Shown here in pieces: positions 47,594 to 57,521 of a DNA stretch of 64,000 nucleotides (within the stretch, counting starts at the first letter, position 1; the number at the start of each line of letters is the position of its first letter). The notes below the pieces were generated by a model that saw nothing but the letters and a program-made list of their open reading frames with translations, was not told where the DNA came from and ran no database searches. The DNA is from an uncultured virus (IMG/VR IMGVR_UViG_3300005083_000010) (Duplodnaviria; Heunggongvirae; Uroviricota; Caudoviricetes), in the IMG/VR virus record IMGVR_UViG_3300005083_000010. One strand, 5' to 3'. The position numbers and the translations under genes are program-made.

Positions 47594-47794
47594 ATGACAA
47601 CAACAATAATGCATGTGTGGGCTATACGCCCGCACATGTGGAACAAATGGCAAATCTGTTTTCGCATGGGCGGGCTTGAGCTTTTAGGAGAGGCGCACGG
47701 CGCGACGCGCAAAGAAGCCGTCAAGGACTTACGGCGGCGCGGATACACGGTGCCGCGCGAATTAGAGAGAGAAGGGAGGCGGCAGGCATGTTAA
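47594..47794 (+). CDS. Small early protein
   Basis: GGAGG RBS. Confidence 0.6.
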   Translation: MTTTIMHVWAIRPHMWNKWQICFRMGGLELLGEAHGATRKEAVKDLRRRGYTVPRELEREGRRQAC

Positions 47795-48012
47795 ACATAG
47801 CTGTGGTAGTTAAGCGGGTGTCAAATTCCGATTACAGCGGTTATGTAATCGGAAAATTGGAGTACACGACGCCCGATGGGCAATTGTTCCCTTGTACGTA
47901 CACCCGCAGGGAAGGCGACACGGACACAACAGACACTTGGGCGCGTATGCGCCATGAGCTACCCGACGCGTCATGGGACGATGTGGAAATCGGAGATTAC
48001 ATCTCCGGTTAA
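47788..48012 (+). CDS. Small early protein
   Basis: GGAGG RBS, overlap with the upstream gene. Confidence 0.6.
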   Translation: MLNIAVVVKRVSNSDYSGYVIGKLEYTTPDGQLFPCTYTRREGDTDTTDTWARMRHELPDASWDDVEIGDYISG

Positions 48013-48138
48013 AACGGGCAGGACGCCGGACGGCGCGGAGCAGTTTAAGCCATTACTCATAGATGGGTAATGGTTTTTGCTGTGAATCCGACAAGCGAAC
48101 GACACAAGTTGACACGACAAAGAAGGAGGGAAAACACG

Positions 48139-48723
48139 ATGATTTACGGTTACGCACGGTGCAGCACGAACGAGGACAGGCAGGACATCACGCGGCAGAC
48201 GCGGGAGTTAATGGAGCTTGGAGCGCGGGAGGAAAACATATACTTTGAGTATGAAAGCGGGTGTAAGGTAGAGAGGGCGAGACTTAGCGCACTACTTGCG
48301 GCGGTTAAGCCGGGGGACGTGATAGTTACGACGGAGGTATCACGATTGACGCGCAGCACGCGGCAGCTATGCGACATTATACAGCTTGTGCAGGACAGGC
48401 GGCTAAAGCTGATAATCAAGGGCAGCATAACGGTTGATTGCACCGACGGCAGCATGGACGCCATGACGGCGGCATTCTTGAAGATAGTCGGCGTGTTTAG
48501 CGAGCTTGAGCGCGACATGATTTCAAGCCGAGTGCGTTCAGGGCTAAACAATGCGCGCGCGAAGGGCAGGACATTAGGACGCCCGGCGGCGGTGCGAGCG
48601 GGCGCCGATGAATTTCGCCAGGAGGTAGAGGACGCGCGGAGGGCAGGGCTATCTATGGGCAGTATCGCGAAGGCACGGGGTATAAGCACGGCGACGCTTT
48701 ACCGCAAGCTGAAAGAGGCGTAA
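48139..48723 (+). CDS. Small serine recombinase (resolvase/invertase) with C-terminal HTH
   Basis: YGYARCST..Q..RQ..ESG..SRLTRS..ELER..GRP..ISTATLYR. Confidence 0.92.
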   Translation: MIYGYARCSTNEDRQDITRQTRELMELGAREENIYFEYESGCKVERARLSALLAAVKPGDVIVTTEVSRLTRSTRQLCDIIQLVQDRRLKLIIKGSITVDCTDGSMDAMTAAFLKIVGVFSELERDMISSRVRSGLNNARAKGRTLGRPAAVRAGADEFRQEVEDARRAGLSMGSIAKARGISTATLYRKLKEA

Positions 48724-48759
48724 GCCGAACAAACACAAGCAGATACGAACAATTACGAA

Positions 48760-48790
48760 CAAAGGCGCTCCACATCGAGAGCGCCTTTTG
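48760..48790. terminator. Bidirectional terminator between convergent operons
   Basis: AAAGGCGCTC..GAGCGCCTTTT. Confidence 0.75.
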
Positions 48791-48798
48791 CTTGTCGG

Positions 48799-49146
48799 CT
48801 ATATCCACGCTTTTACCCGCGCGGAGGGGTTATCCTTGGCGGCGCGCAGGACGTCGGTCAGGAACCGATAGAATCCGCTGATAGTTCCCCAACCGTTCGG
48901 CGCTTCATACTGTTTATATTCCGCAGGGTTTTCATCGAGCAGTTGAACGGCGCGTTCGAGGGGCGCTACGAGGTCGGCGGCGTGAAGGTGATCGCCCGGG
49001 TGCCACAGAATCTCATAGACGCCGAGCGCTTGCGCCATGCCGCCGAGGTTATGGGTAATATTGCGCCAGTACAGTTCAGTACCGTCAACGGTGCCGCCGC
49101 AATGCGGGCATTTTACATCTTCTATTAGATACAGGTCAAGGCTCAT
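48799..49146 (-). CDS. Hypothetical phage protein
   Basis: MSLDLYL..NITHNLGGMA..PNGWGT. Confidence 0.7.
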   Translation of the reverse strand: MSLDLYLIEDVKCPHCGGTVDGTELYWRNITHNLGGMAQALGVYEILWHPGDHLHAADLVAPLERAVQLLDENPAEYKQYEAPNGWGTISGFYRFLTDVLRAAKDNPSARVKAWI

Positions 49147-50597
49147 TGATAGTGCTCCTTTTCGATTTTATACTTTACGGCGTCGAGGATAGACGCTTGA
49201 ACGGTGTCTTTACGTTCGAGGACGGCGGCGACAGCTTCATCGACGGTACCGGCGGAAAGCAGCCGATGTATTATTACAGACGGTGCTTGTTGTCCCTGAC
49301 GCCACAACCGCGCGTTTGCTTGCTGATAGTATTCGAGATTGTATGTAAGCCCGTACCAGATGATTGTATGCCCGCCGCCTTGGAGGTTAAGCCCATGCCC
49401 GGCGCTTGCGGGGTGCGCGAGCAGGACGGGTATTTCCCCGGCGTTCCACCGGTCGATTATTTCAGGCGAGCTTGGCAGGGTCTGCGCGGCGATTTCAGCC
49501 AGTATTGCGTCGCGGTCGTGTAGAAATTCATAGAATACCAAAACGGGGCTTAAAACGCTTTCTACGAGGTCACAGAGCATATCAAGCTTGGCGCGGTGCA
49601 GGGTAACGACGTCCCGTGTTTCGGTGTAGGCGCGTCCGTTACAGAATTGTAGGAGCTTATTGACGACACCGGCGGCGCTTCCGGCGGTAATTGTTTCGCC
49701 TTGAAGCTCGAGAAGCGCGGTGCGTTCCATCTTCCTATACGCTTTCATCGCGGCGTCGGGCAGCGTAACGCGGAGGTCATTAACCACACGGTCAGGCATT
49801 TTGAGCCAATCTTCCGCGCGGAGTGCCACGGTTATATCTGACAACTTGTCCATGATGATTTCCTTGGCGCCCGCGCGGGGCTTATAGGACGCCACGACGG
49901 GATAACCGCCGGTGTACAGTATTTTATCAGGCTCCATATACATTTGCCTGAATCGGGTTATCGAGGTTTCGAGCCGTTCGCCTTTATCGAGCAGATATAT
50001 TTGTCCCCACAATTGTTCTATCGAGTTCGGCGCGGGCGTGCCGGTAAGCTCCACGACTTGGCAAGCCGTATGTTTGACAATGCGCGCGAGGGTTTTAAAC
50101 CACGCGCCCGACGGCGTGCGGAATCCCACAGTTTCATCAAGGATTATGAGGTTGAAGGGAAACACATGTTTGTTATCCCATTGCCATTTACCATGCGACA
50201 GCTTTTTGGTGTACCGGTCAAACAGCCATTGAATGTTATTCCGACACATAACGGCGATGTCAAAGCCATGCGGCGCGGCGTTGATACCATCGAGGGCGGC
50301 GGCGCGTTCGACGGCGGTGCCGGTCAGCTTCACAAGCCGCAGATACCGCAGATGATTCCATTTGCGCAGTTCGTCTGACCATGTATGCTCTGCTATTGCT
50401 TTCCCCGACAAGACAAGCGCCTTGACGGGCAGGCAATAGTCATAGACAAGGTTATTGACGGCGGTCAGCGTTGCGACGGTTTTACCCAAGCCCATTTCAG
50501 CCCACACCGCGCAGGACGCGCCCGATTCAATCATTTCGGTAATCCGCGCCTGATACGGGTGAGGGGTGTATGCGATTACATTAAGCGTATCAGCCAA
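49143..50597 (-). CDS. SNF2-family helicase
   Basis: EMGLGKT, LDE, LTGTPAPN, HPASAGHGLNLQ, QANARLWRQGQ. Confidence 0.92.
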   Translation of the reverse strand: MADTLNVIAYTPHPYQARITEMIESGASCAVWAEMGLGKTVATLTAVNNLVYDYCLPVKALVLSGKAIAEHTWSDELRKWNHLRYLRLVKLTGTAVERAAALDGINAAPHGFDIAVMCRNNIQWLFDRYTKKLSHGKWQWDNKHVFPFNLIILDETVGFRTPSGAWFKTLARIVKHTACQVVELTGTPAPNSIEQLWGQIYLLDKGERLETSITRFRQMYMEPDKILYTGGYPVVASYKPRAGAKEIIMDKLSDITVALRAEDWLKMPDRVVNDLRVTLPDAAMKAYRKMERTALLELQGETITAGSAAGVVNKLLQFCNGRAYTETRDVVTLHRAKLDMLCDLVESVLSPVLVFYEFLHDRDAILAEIAAQTLPSSPEIIDRWNAGEIPVLLAHPASAGHGLNLQGGGHTIIWYGLTYNLEYYQQANARLWRQGQQAPSVIIHRLLSAGTVDEAVAAVLERKDTVQASILDAVKYKIEKEHYQ

Positions 50598-50851
50598 TCG
50601 TTGGCGTCCTCCTTGCTCCATATTTCGACATAGCGGTAATGCCGTTCTTTGAGCCACAGTTTCCAAGCCTTTTGCCGCTCCGACATAACGCCGCCGGGGC
50701 GTTTAAACTCGACGAACCAAACCGCGCCGTCGTCACACAGCGCGAGCCGGTCGGGAATACCGGTATTGCCGGGGCTAATCAGTTTTATCATTCGCAGTCC
50801 CTTCTTCTCGAGCTTCTGCTTCACATATTTCTCGATGTCCTTCTCCAACAT
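50576..50851 (-). CDS. VRR-NUC nuclease
   Basis: EKDIE..GIPDRL..FVEFKRPGG..Q. Confidence 0.9.
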   Translation of the reverse strand: MLEKDIEKYVKQKLEKKGLRMIKLISPGNTGIPDRLALCDDGAVWFVEFKRPGGVMSERQKAWKLWLKERHYRYVEIWSKEDANDWLIRLM

Positions 50852-51272
50852 GTTTTTCCGCCTCCGGTTTAAACGATTCACGGCGCAAATGCCGTGCATA
50901 TTCTTCATCATTGTGTTTTTTCTCGTCGCGCGAGCGCTTGTATAATTCAACTTCTTCTCGAGCTTTACGGTTTGTGTACCGTTTAAAGCATTCGGACTTA
51001 TCTGACATCTTGAATATCCAATTAAGCGCGTCGCGGTCTTTAGGTATGTATCCGCTCCACAGCATAGCGCCTTTAAACTCACCGTTTGACACATAAAACC
51101 CGCCTATATCGCCGCTAAAAATGTGTTTCAAGCCGTAACTTGTGTATTTTGTGTAATACCTTTTTTGTGGTGTTATTTTTTCAGCAATCCATTTAAGCAG
51201 CACCTTTTTATCATCTTCTGACAGTTCATAAAACCGTTCCGGCTCGTCACCGGCTGTTCGATACTTCGACAC
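50775..51272 (-). CDS. Hypothetical protein (SYGLKH motif)
   Basis: GGAGGT RBS; TSYGLKHIF..YVSNGEFKGAM. Confidence 0.6.
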   Translation of the reverse strand: MSKYRTAGDEPERFYELSEDDKKVLLKWIAEKITPQKRYYTKYTSYGLKHIFSGDIGGFYVSNGEFKGAMLWSGYIPKDRDALNWIFKMSDKSECFKRYTNRKAREEVELYKRSRDEKKHNDEEYARHLRRESFKPEAEKHVGEGHREICEAEAREEGTANDKTD

Positions 51273-53604
51273 AGTATTTACCTCCTTTACGGTCAAATAC
51301 ATGGTGTTGTACACCATAATTCGGCACACGTTTTTTGCCCACATATATCCAGTCTTTCTGCTTACGCAGAACCCGCGTAATATCTTTAGCGTTGTGTTTT
51401 AAATCTGACAAGTTTTTGTGCAGGCATTCGCACCATACGGTGGCGGCGCAAATGCGGTCAGGTATTTCTTCGATTGAATCCGTGTCGCCCTCAAGCCATG
51501 CCTCTATTACACCGATTGTCGCGTCAGTTTCCTCGAACTGCGCTTGTGATTCTTCCACTTGTGAAATCATGTGTTCGGGAATCAGCGCGTCTTCGCCTTG
51601 CTTATAGTAATAATAAGCTTCTGCCCAGTATTGCTGTACCAATTTGTCGGTTAACTCTTTAAACAGGTTTTTTGTACGCTTTTTGGGGTTTATTCGTATG
51701 CACCAGAAGCGCCGGTTACCTGTTTTGTCCCGCAGAAATTCTTCTTCGTTTGTGGTACCAAAGAAGATAGCCTTGCGGGGAAAATCGCTAACTTCGCGGT
51801 CGTATGCTACGCGATAAGAATCCGTTGTTTTTGTGATGAATTGCTTTACATCTTCTATTTCCGATTTTTTGTATGCACTCATTTCACCAAACTCAAACAA
51901 CCACGCGCTTTGCAGCATTTCACCTGCTTCTTTAGAATCGAAATTCTTTAACGAATCGTTAAACCATTCGCCGCCCATACGGGCTAACAGACTACTCTTA
52001 AACCCGCCTTGCGCTCCGACAAGGATAAGCACGTAGTCATGTTTACAGCCCGGTTCATAAATGCGCTTTACACCGGCGATAAACTGCTTACGGGTAAACA
52101 TGCGGTTAATCTCTGACGCTTCCGCGCCCAAATACTCAACGAAAAGCGTTTCAAGGCGTTCTACGCCGTCCCACGGCGCCGATTCTATATATTCTTTGAT
52201 AGGGTGAAACGGATTGCGCCGTGCGACGTGAGTAAGCGCGTCCACAAATCGCACAGAGCTACTAAGCCTAAAATTACTCTCAAGCCATACCATAGCTTCC
52301 CTATCATCAAAGCCTTGCCAAGCTTCATACTCTTTGTGGTGCGTATCGTCCATTTTTCGCCACGGCAGGTTTTTTCGGATTGAAATCCTATGCTTAAATT
52401 CGTCAAATGCTAATACATCTTTAAACGCGCCGTTTTGTAGTATTAGCACGTAGTTATCTCTAACATCAACTAAGCCGTTTTTGCCTTTGACCAGTTTTTT
52501 CAGCCAAGCGTCCGGGTCATCGTCTATGTTGTCCAAGTTGTCCGTGTTATCCGTCTCGTCGGCGTCGAACACGCCCGCCGCCTCGGCTGTTGTTTTCTCC
52601 TGCATTTCCGGCAGCGCAGACGCCCACGCTTCCATAGCCTTTTGCGACGGCATATCTCCTATAGGCGTATCAGGCGCGGCGTCCTTGTCCATTTCGCCAA
52701 ACATGTGTATACGCACTAAATCCCAAGCATTGCACTCACGGCAGCTTATCGGGTCTGTTGCGTGCAGGCTGTAGGCATACTGCGCGTTATCGTAGAGCAG
52801 CAAGCCGCCGCTTAGCGCCGTACCGTGCGCCCAAGAATATTGTCGGTCGTTAAACCTGATATACTTGTCCGGCAGATACTTAGTTATAGCGCCGTGAATA
52901 TCTCCGCACGCGCGGCAGAACCGTCCTACAATGCCATCTTTTTCACGCGGATCCGGGAGCTTGTTTCCTTCCGTCACGTGTACTTCCTTTTCGGATTTAA
53001 ACTTAAGCCATTGCTTTGTATCCACCCACCACGGGTTATCTCTTACCCACGCGGCGACATCGAGCGGAGCGCCGTCTTGACGCTCCGGCAGGTGCGGCAC
53101 ATCTTTAGGGAGCGTGGGCATATACATTCCGCGTTCGGGCTGTATGGTCGTCTTGTCGAAATAGTGTTCGCCCAGTTCAATCACAAACTTCCGCGCGATT
53201 GCTTCATACATTATCGCGCTCACAGGCTCGCTGAACGGTGCTACTATCCGCAGCTTTTGCTTATCCTCGCTCCACGACACGGTTTGATACATCACGGCGG
53301 CTAAATCCGGGTACAGCGTGGTAAACCTAAGCCACAGAAATTCATCGCCGTTATCCGCGTCAAGCGTGAGCATAGAGCGGTTAACCACTTCTCCCCTTGC
53401 GCGGCGCGTGCCACGCAGCGCGCCGCCGACAAATATATAGCCGTCTTTTTGCTTCTTAACCTCCGTAGTGTCGGCGGCGACACACGAAAGCCGCCGAAGG
53501 TGTTTTTCCTCCGTCAGCTTATCCGCGAACGCGTCCCACAATTCGGTTACTTGCCTATAGCTATTGCTTTCGGCTTTTGGTGCTATGTGATATGTAACAT
53601 ACAT
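51247..53604 (-). CDS. Primase-helicase (PrimPol-like N-terminus + VirE/VapE ATPase)
   Basis: LTLDAD; PGCKHDY..GAQGGFKS..FGTTN..DKTGNRRFW. Confidence 0.9.
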   Translation of the reverse strand: MYVTYHIAPKAESNSYRQVTELWDAFADKLTEEKHLRRLSCVAADTTEVKKQKDGYIFVGGALRGTRRARGEVVNRSMLTLDADNGDEFLWLRFTTLYPDLAAVMYQTVSWSEDKQKLRIVAPFSEPVSAIMYEAIARKFVIELGEHYFDKTTIQPERGMYMPTLPKDVPHLPERQDGAPLDVAAWVRDNPWWVDTKQWLKFKSEKEVHVTEGNKLPDPREKDGIVGRFCRACGDIHGAITKYLPDKYIRFNDRQYSWAHGTALSGGLLLYDNAQYAYSLHATDPISCRECNAWDLVRIHMFGEMDKDAAPDTPIGDMPSQKAMEAWASALPEMQEKTTAEAAGVFDADETDNTDNLDNIDDDPDAWLKKLVKGKNGLVDVRDNYVLILQNGAFKDVLAFDEFKHRISIRKNLPWRKMDDTHHKEYEAWQGFDDREAMVWLESNFRLSSSVRFVDALTHVARRNPFHPIKEYIESAPWDGVERLETLFVEYLGAEASEINRMFTRKQFIAGVKRIYEPGCKHDYVLILVGAQGGFKSSLLARMGGEWFNDSLKNFDSKEAGEMLQSAWLFEFGEMSAYKKSEIEDVKQFITKTTDSYRVAYDREVSDFPRKAIFFGTTNEEEFLRDKTGNRRFWCIRINPKKRTKNLFKELTDKLVQQYWAEAYYYYKQGEDALIPEHMISQVEESQAQFEETDATIGVIEAWLEGDTDSIEEIPDRICAATVWCECLHKNLSDLKHNAKDITRVLRKQKDWIYVGKKRVPNYGVQHHVFDRKGGKYCVEVSNSR

Positions 53605-53658
53605 AAATCGAACCTCTTTGCTTTAGAATAAGGTCTTGCTTAGTACCATAAGGTTCAA

Positions 53659-53859
53659 TCAGTTCTCCTCGGTTTCACTTGTTAACTTAATCAGTTCTAT
53701 AGTCATTCGCATAAGCAAGACGCACACAAGCGCCTTTACCTCGTCCTCGTCGTCCTTTTCTACGGATTCATGCCATTCATCGAGCATTCGCTTCTGAATA
53801 GGCGCCAATGCCATCATGATGATTTTCCGTGCTTCTTGTTTCGTGTACATGTCCGCCAT
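53659..53859 (-). CDS. Small hypothetical protein
   Basis: GAGGT RBS. Confidence 0.55.
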   Translation of the reverse strand: MADMYTKQEARKIIMMALAPIQKRMLDEWHESVEKDDEDEVKALVCVLLMRMTIELIKLTSETEEN

Positions 53860-53871
53860 GTTTTACACCTC

Positions 53872-54195
53872 CTATCCGTGCCAATTCTTCATACCCTTCT
53901 GACCGACGCCGCGCCGAACCACCGCCGATTCACTCGCGGGCATTGCGATTATGCTATACGTCGGAAAGCTTTGCACGAACATTTCGTTCTTGCAGTTTAG
54001 GCATTTGATATTTGATTCCTCGTTCGTTGTTAATCCAAGCTCCGCCAAGTCGTCGTAACCGCTTATGCTAAATCCGCAATACGGGCATACAAGCTTGTCC
54101 TCATGTGTGCGCGGATAAAAGCATTGATAGCCCTCGTCCGCGCAGCCGGGGGTGTTCCAGCAGCATTGCGGGCATATGTTATACTTATCAGGCAT
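53872..54195 (-). CDS. Zn-finger hypothetical protein
   Basis: Several CxxC motifs. Confidence 0.6.
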   Translation of the reverse strand: MPDKYNICPQCCWNTPGCADEGYQCFYPRTHEDKLVCPYCGFSISGYDDLAELGLTTNEESNIKCLNCKNEMFVQSFPTYSIIAMPASESAVVRRGVGQKGMKNWHG

Positions 54196-55108
54196 TGTTT
54201 ACCCCCTCTCCTATAAACAACTTCCCATAATACGTGTCATACCAATCCGACTTGCGCCATTGTCCGCTATACACATACTTTGTCGCGAAGTATTGCGCCT
54301 CTTTGCTGATGGGGTGTCCACCGTTATGTAAATCTCTATAAGCTTGTGCGTAAAGCGTTATTGCCCCCAAGTCCCGCAGTTCTTCTATTCGCGCCATAGC
54401 GTCGGGTATGTCCCGCACAAGAAAATACACAAATATCCGCGTTGACGGCACACCGCAATCGTTTAGAAGTCTTATAGCGTGTCGTAAAGGTTTAACCGAT
54501 GAATACGTGTCACAAGCAAATCGCAAGTATTTAATCCACTTAAGTTTGGAAAGCATTTGCGCAGTTGCTATGCTAACAAGTCTTGCGTCCATGCCTTGAT
54601 TTATATCTATTGGATATTTACAGTTTTCTATTTGCCTAATCCCCCAAGAGGACGCAAGAATATTGTTATCCATAAGCACTATGCCGCGTCCGTTTTCCGC
54701 AATATCGTCAAGTCGTCTATACGGCTGAATACTTCCTTCTTTTTCGGGTACAACACACCATTCGCAGCGGTTAGGGCAGCCGCGAGTTAAAAACCCTATG
54801 TCATACGGATAATCCGGATACAGGCTATAATCGGGCTTTAGCGCGTCTATTTCGTCAGGTAGCTTGCTTTGTATGTCATACCCTGTACCGCCTTTAATTG
54901 TAGTTTCGGGCAAATACGGGTCTGTAGGAGTAAACGTAAAAATCTTACTCGAATATACCAAGTCGTAATCACACATAACAGGCAACCACCACTTAACCGT
55001 ATCCCCGCGCAGCTTATGATATGTAGATATTTTCATAAGTGCGTAGTTTGGGTAAGTCTTTTTCTTTCTAAAATGTGCGGCGTCGGCGTCATGTAAGCCT
55101 ATTACCAT
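54188..55108 (-). CDS. Radical SAM protein
   Basis: TRGCPNRCEWCVV (CxxxCxxC); DNN; QGMDAR. Confidence 0.88.
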   Translation of the reverse strand: MVIGLHDADAAHFRKKKTYPNYALMKISTYHKLRGDTVKWWLPVMCDYDLVYSSKIFTFTPTDPYLPETTIKGGTGYDIQSKLPDEIDALKPDYSLYPDYPYDIGFLTRGCPNRCEWCVVPEKEGSIQPYRRLDDIAENGRGIVLMDNNILASSWGIRQIENCKYPIDINQGMDARLVSIATAQMLSKLKWIKYLRFACDTYSSVKPLRHAIRLLNDCGVPSTRIFVYFLVRDIPDAMARIEELRDLGAITLYAQAYRDLHNGGHPISKEAQYFATKYVYSGQWRKSDWYDTYYGKLFIGEGVNNA

Positions 55109-55111
55109 ACT

Positions 55112-57094
55112 TTACCCCTTCCTGTAAAACGCGCTTGCGAAGCCCTCCGCCTTGTGCGGCATTCCCGCCGCCCACTCCGGCAGACGGGCAAATATCCCCG
55201 CAAGCTTGTTTACCATGTATTCCGTTTCTTTCGTTTCCGGCACCTCGATAACAACCTCATCGTGGACGTGCAGCACCACCGGATAACCTTCTTGTTCTAC
55301 TTGTGCTATGCCGTACGCCAACAAGTCCCTACACGCGGCGCTAACGAAGTTTTCAACCAGTTTCCCGCCGAATGTTTTAATCCGTTCCCACTTGTGCGTA
55401 ACGGCGTTAATCCCTTCATACGTCAGCCCCTCACGGTTGAAGCGCTTGTCAATCTCTATAGCCGGACGTGGGTAATACAAACTCCGACCGGACGGCAGAG
55501 CCAAGCGCAAAAAGCCTTTTTCGCACACAAACCCAATCCCCGGCTTGACCGGGTGATACACGCCGGGGTGTCGCACCGCCGACATAGCCGCGTTGCCTGT
55601 TAGCGCCCACAAGTTGACAATATGCCCGTTTGCTTTGCGGTACACGTCAACCATGCCTTGATACTTGTCCTCCGGTATCACATGTCCGTAGTCCATAGCC
55701 TTCATTGCCCCGACAGCCCCTCCGTAGTTGCAGGCAAGGCAAGCAGTTTTAGCTTGTTGCCGCTGTTCCTTTGTAACGTCTTTCACCTCCACGTTAAACA
55801 AGCGGCTTGCCGTTTCCTTGTACAAATCGCGCCCGTCCCTGAACGCGTCAACCGCCCATTGTTCCCCCGCTATAAACGCCACATACCGCGCCTCCACTTG
55901 TGAGAAGTCCACCACGACAAACATATTCCCCGGCGTAGGCACTATCGCAGTTCGCACCAACTCACTTAGTACCGTCGCAGGTGAATCGTACATGTATTGC
56001 ATAATCCAGTAGTCCCCGCACGACACGAAAACCCGCGCTTCTTCGAGATCCCGCAGCTTCATACCGCCTCTCACTAAATTTTGCGGCTGAAAAATGCGCC
56101 CCGCCCATCTCCCCGTATGTGTTCCATAGAACGCCAAAGAGCCGCGCAGCCGTCCATCTGCGCTAACTGCGTTAGACAGCGCGGCGTACTTGCTCACGCT
56201 TGACTTCCCGAGTTCGCGGCGGATCTCCATTAGCCGCGTCACGTTCTCCGGCACATCGTCACGCGCCAGATACTTTATAACGTCTGCTTTTTGGAGCTTG
56301 CTTTCGTCCTCATCGAGTTCTTTGTTCAGCCATGTGCGCAGTTGTTTAACGCTGTTCGGGTTATCCAAGCCCGACAATTCGGCGGCTTCTGCGGTCAGCT
56401 TTGCCCGCATTTCGTCGTTTATAGCTATAGCGCCATCGACCAAATCCGTATCAACGCGCATACCGCGACTGTTTATCTTGAGGTCAAGCCGCCATTCCTC
56501 CCACACATGCGCGGGTACAGGCACGTTTGACAGCAGCTTGTGTATGTACCGTTCCGCCGTGACATCGCCCGCGCAGTATTCCTTAAAGGTTTCCCACGCG
56601 CTGTCAGGTTCGCCGAGCGGGAGTGTCGGCAAGTGCCGCGTCGTCGGGTCGGAGCGTGTCGGCGTATGCGGTTGGCAAAAATAGCGTATTAGCATGTCGC
56701 CCGTGTCCTTCTTTGCCACGTCCTCCGACAGGTTTAACGCTTCTCCGCATTGCTTGAGCGATCGCGGCAAGCCAAGGTAACACGCATGTATCATAATGTC
56801 TTCCCATTGCGACGTGTCGAGAGTTATGCCGAAGTGCTTCTCAAGGCAAACAATCTCAAACTGACTATTCCACGCAAGCTTCTTGACGTCAGGGTTAAGC
56901 AGCGTATGCTTAAGCCAATCAAGCGCGGCGCCGGACACACCGCTTTTCATGTCATACACTTGCGGCGGATCGTCGCCGTCTGCTATGCCGACCAGAAGCA
57001 CTTCAAAGTCAGGCGCCTCCGCGTAGCGGAATACCCCTGACTTTGTAAGGTTTGTACTGCTATATGTTTCAATATCTATCACGATTTCACGCAT
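55112..57094 (-). CDS. DNA polymerase family A with 3'-5' exonuclease
   Basis: DIETYS; TGRWAG..QPQN; DFSQVEAR; RQQAK..YG; HVHDE. Confidence 0.95.
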   Translation of the reverse strand: MREIVIDIETYSSTNLTKSGVFRYAEAPDFEVLLVGIADGDDPPQVYDMKSGVSGAALDWLKHTLLNPDVKKLAWNSQFEIVCLEKHFGITLDTSQWEDIMIHACYLGLPRSLKQCGEALNLSEDVAKKDTGDMLIRYFCQPHTPTRSDPTTRHLPTLPLGEPDSAWETFKEYCAGDVTAERYIHKLLSNVPVPAHVWEEWRLDLKINSRGMRVDTDLVDGAIAINDEMRAKLTAEAAELSGLDNPNSVKQLRTWLNKELDEDESKLQKADVIKYLARDDVPENVTRLMEIRRELGKSSVSKYAALSNAVSADGRLRGSLAFYGTHTGRWAGRIFQPQNLVRGGMKLRDLEEARVFVSCGDYWIMQYMYDSPATVLSELVRTAIVPTPGNMFVVVDFSQVEARYVAFIAGEQWAVDAFRDGRDLYKETASRLFNVEVKDVTKEQRQQAKTACLACNYGGAVGAMKAMDYGHVIPEDKYQGMVDVYRKANGHIVNLWALTGNAAMSAVRHPGVYHPVKPGIGFVCEKGFLRLALPSGRSLYYPRPAIEIDKRFNREGLTYEGINAVTHKWERIKTFGGKLVENFVSAACRDLLAYGIAQVEQEGYPVVLHVHDEVVIEVPETKETEYMVNKLAGIFARLPEWAAGMPHKAEGFASAFYRKG

Positions 57095-57300
57095 TCGTCT
57101 TCTCCGTACCCCATATACTCCGTCCCGTACTCATCATCAAACCACGCTTCGAAATACTCACGAAACCGTATGATTATGTCGGGATTGCTTTTACGCCTTA
57201 TTGTGGCGTTCATGTCATATTGCCAACTCGACAACACAATACGGGCAATTTCTTCCATGAAAAGCTTACGGTGTTCCGTAGACATAATTTCCTGTGTCAT
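57079..57300 (-). CDS. Small hypothetical protein
   Basis: Coupled ORF in the operon. Confidence 0.55.
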   Translation of the reverse strand: MTQEIMSTEHRKLFMEEIARIVLSSWQYDMNATIRRKSNPDIIIRFREYFEAWFDDEYGTEYMGYGEDECVKS

Positions 57301-57521
57301 ATGTTCCCCGCTTCTATGTCTGCGATAGCAAACATGAGTATCGTCATTGCGCGAGATTTCACGTCGTCATGGTTTTCAGTTCCCGCCTCCATCATTTCAA
57401 AAAACATTTTCTGAGCGATAGGTTCTAACCTATCAACGAGAAACCTACGCGCCGCTTTGTCGATTTCTTCTTTTTCGTCTTTCGAGTGCTTCTTCTTCTT
57501 TATAGGTATCACGTTATTCAT
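57297..57521 (-). CDS. Small hypothetical protein
   Basis: GGAGG RBS, ATGA coupling. Confidence 0.6.
   Translation of the reverse strand: MNNVIPIKKKKHSKDEKEEIDKAARRFLVDRLEPIAQKMFFEMMEAGTENHDDVKSRAMTILMFAIADIEAGNI

Noticed and set aside
48013..48095. Third ribozyme before the resolvase
   Set aside because: Only a terminator-like hairpin (AAGCCATTACTCAT/ATGGGTAATGGTTT) is evident; no recognisable ribozyme core
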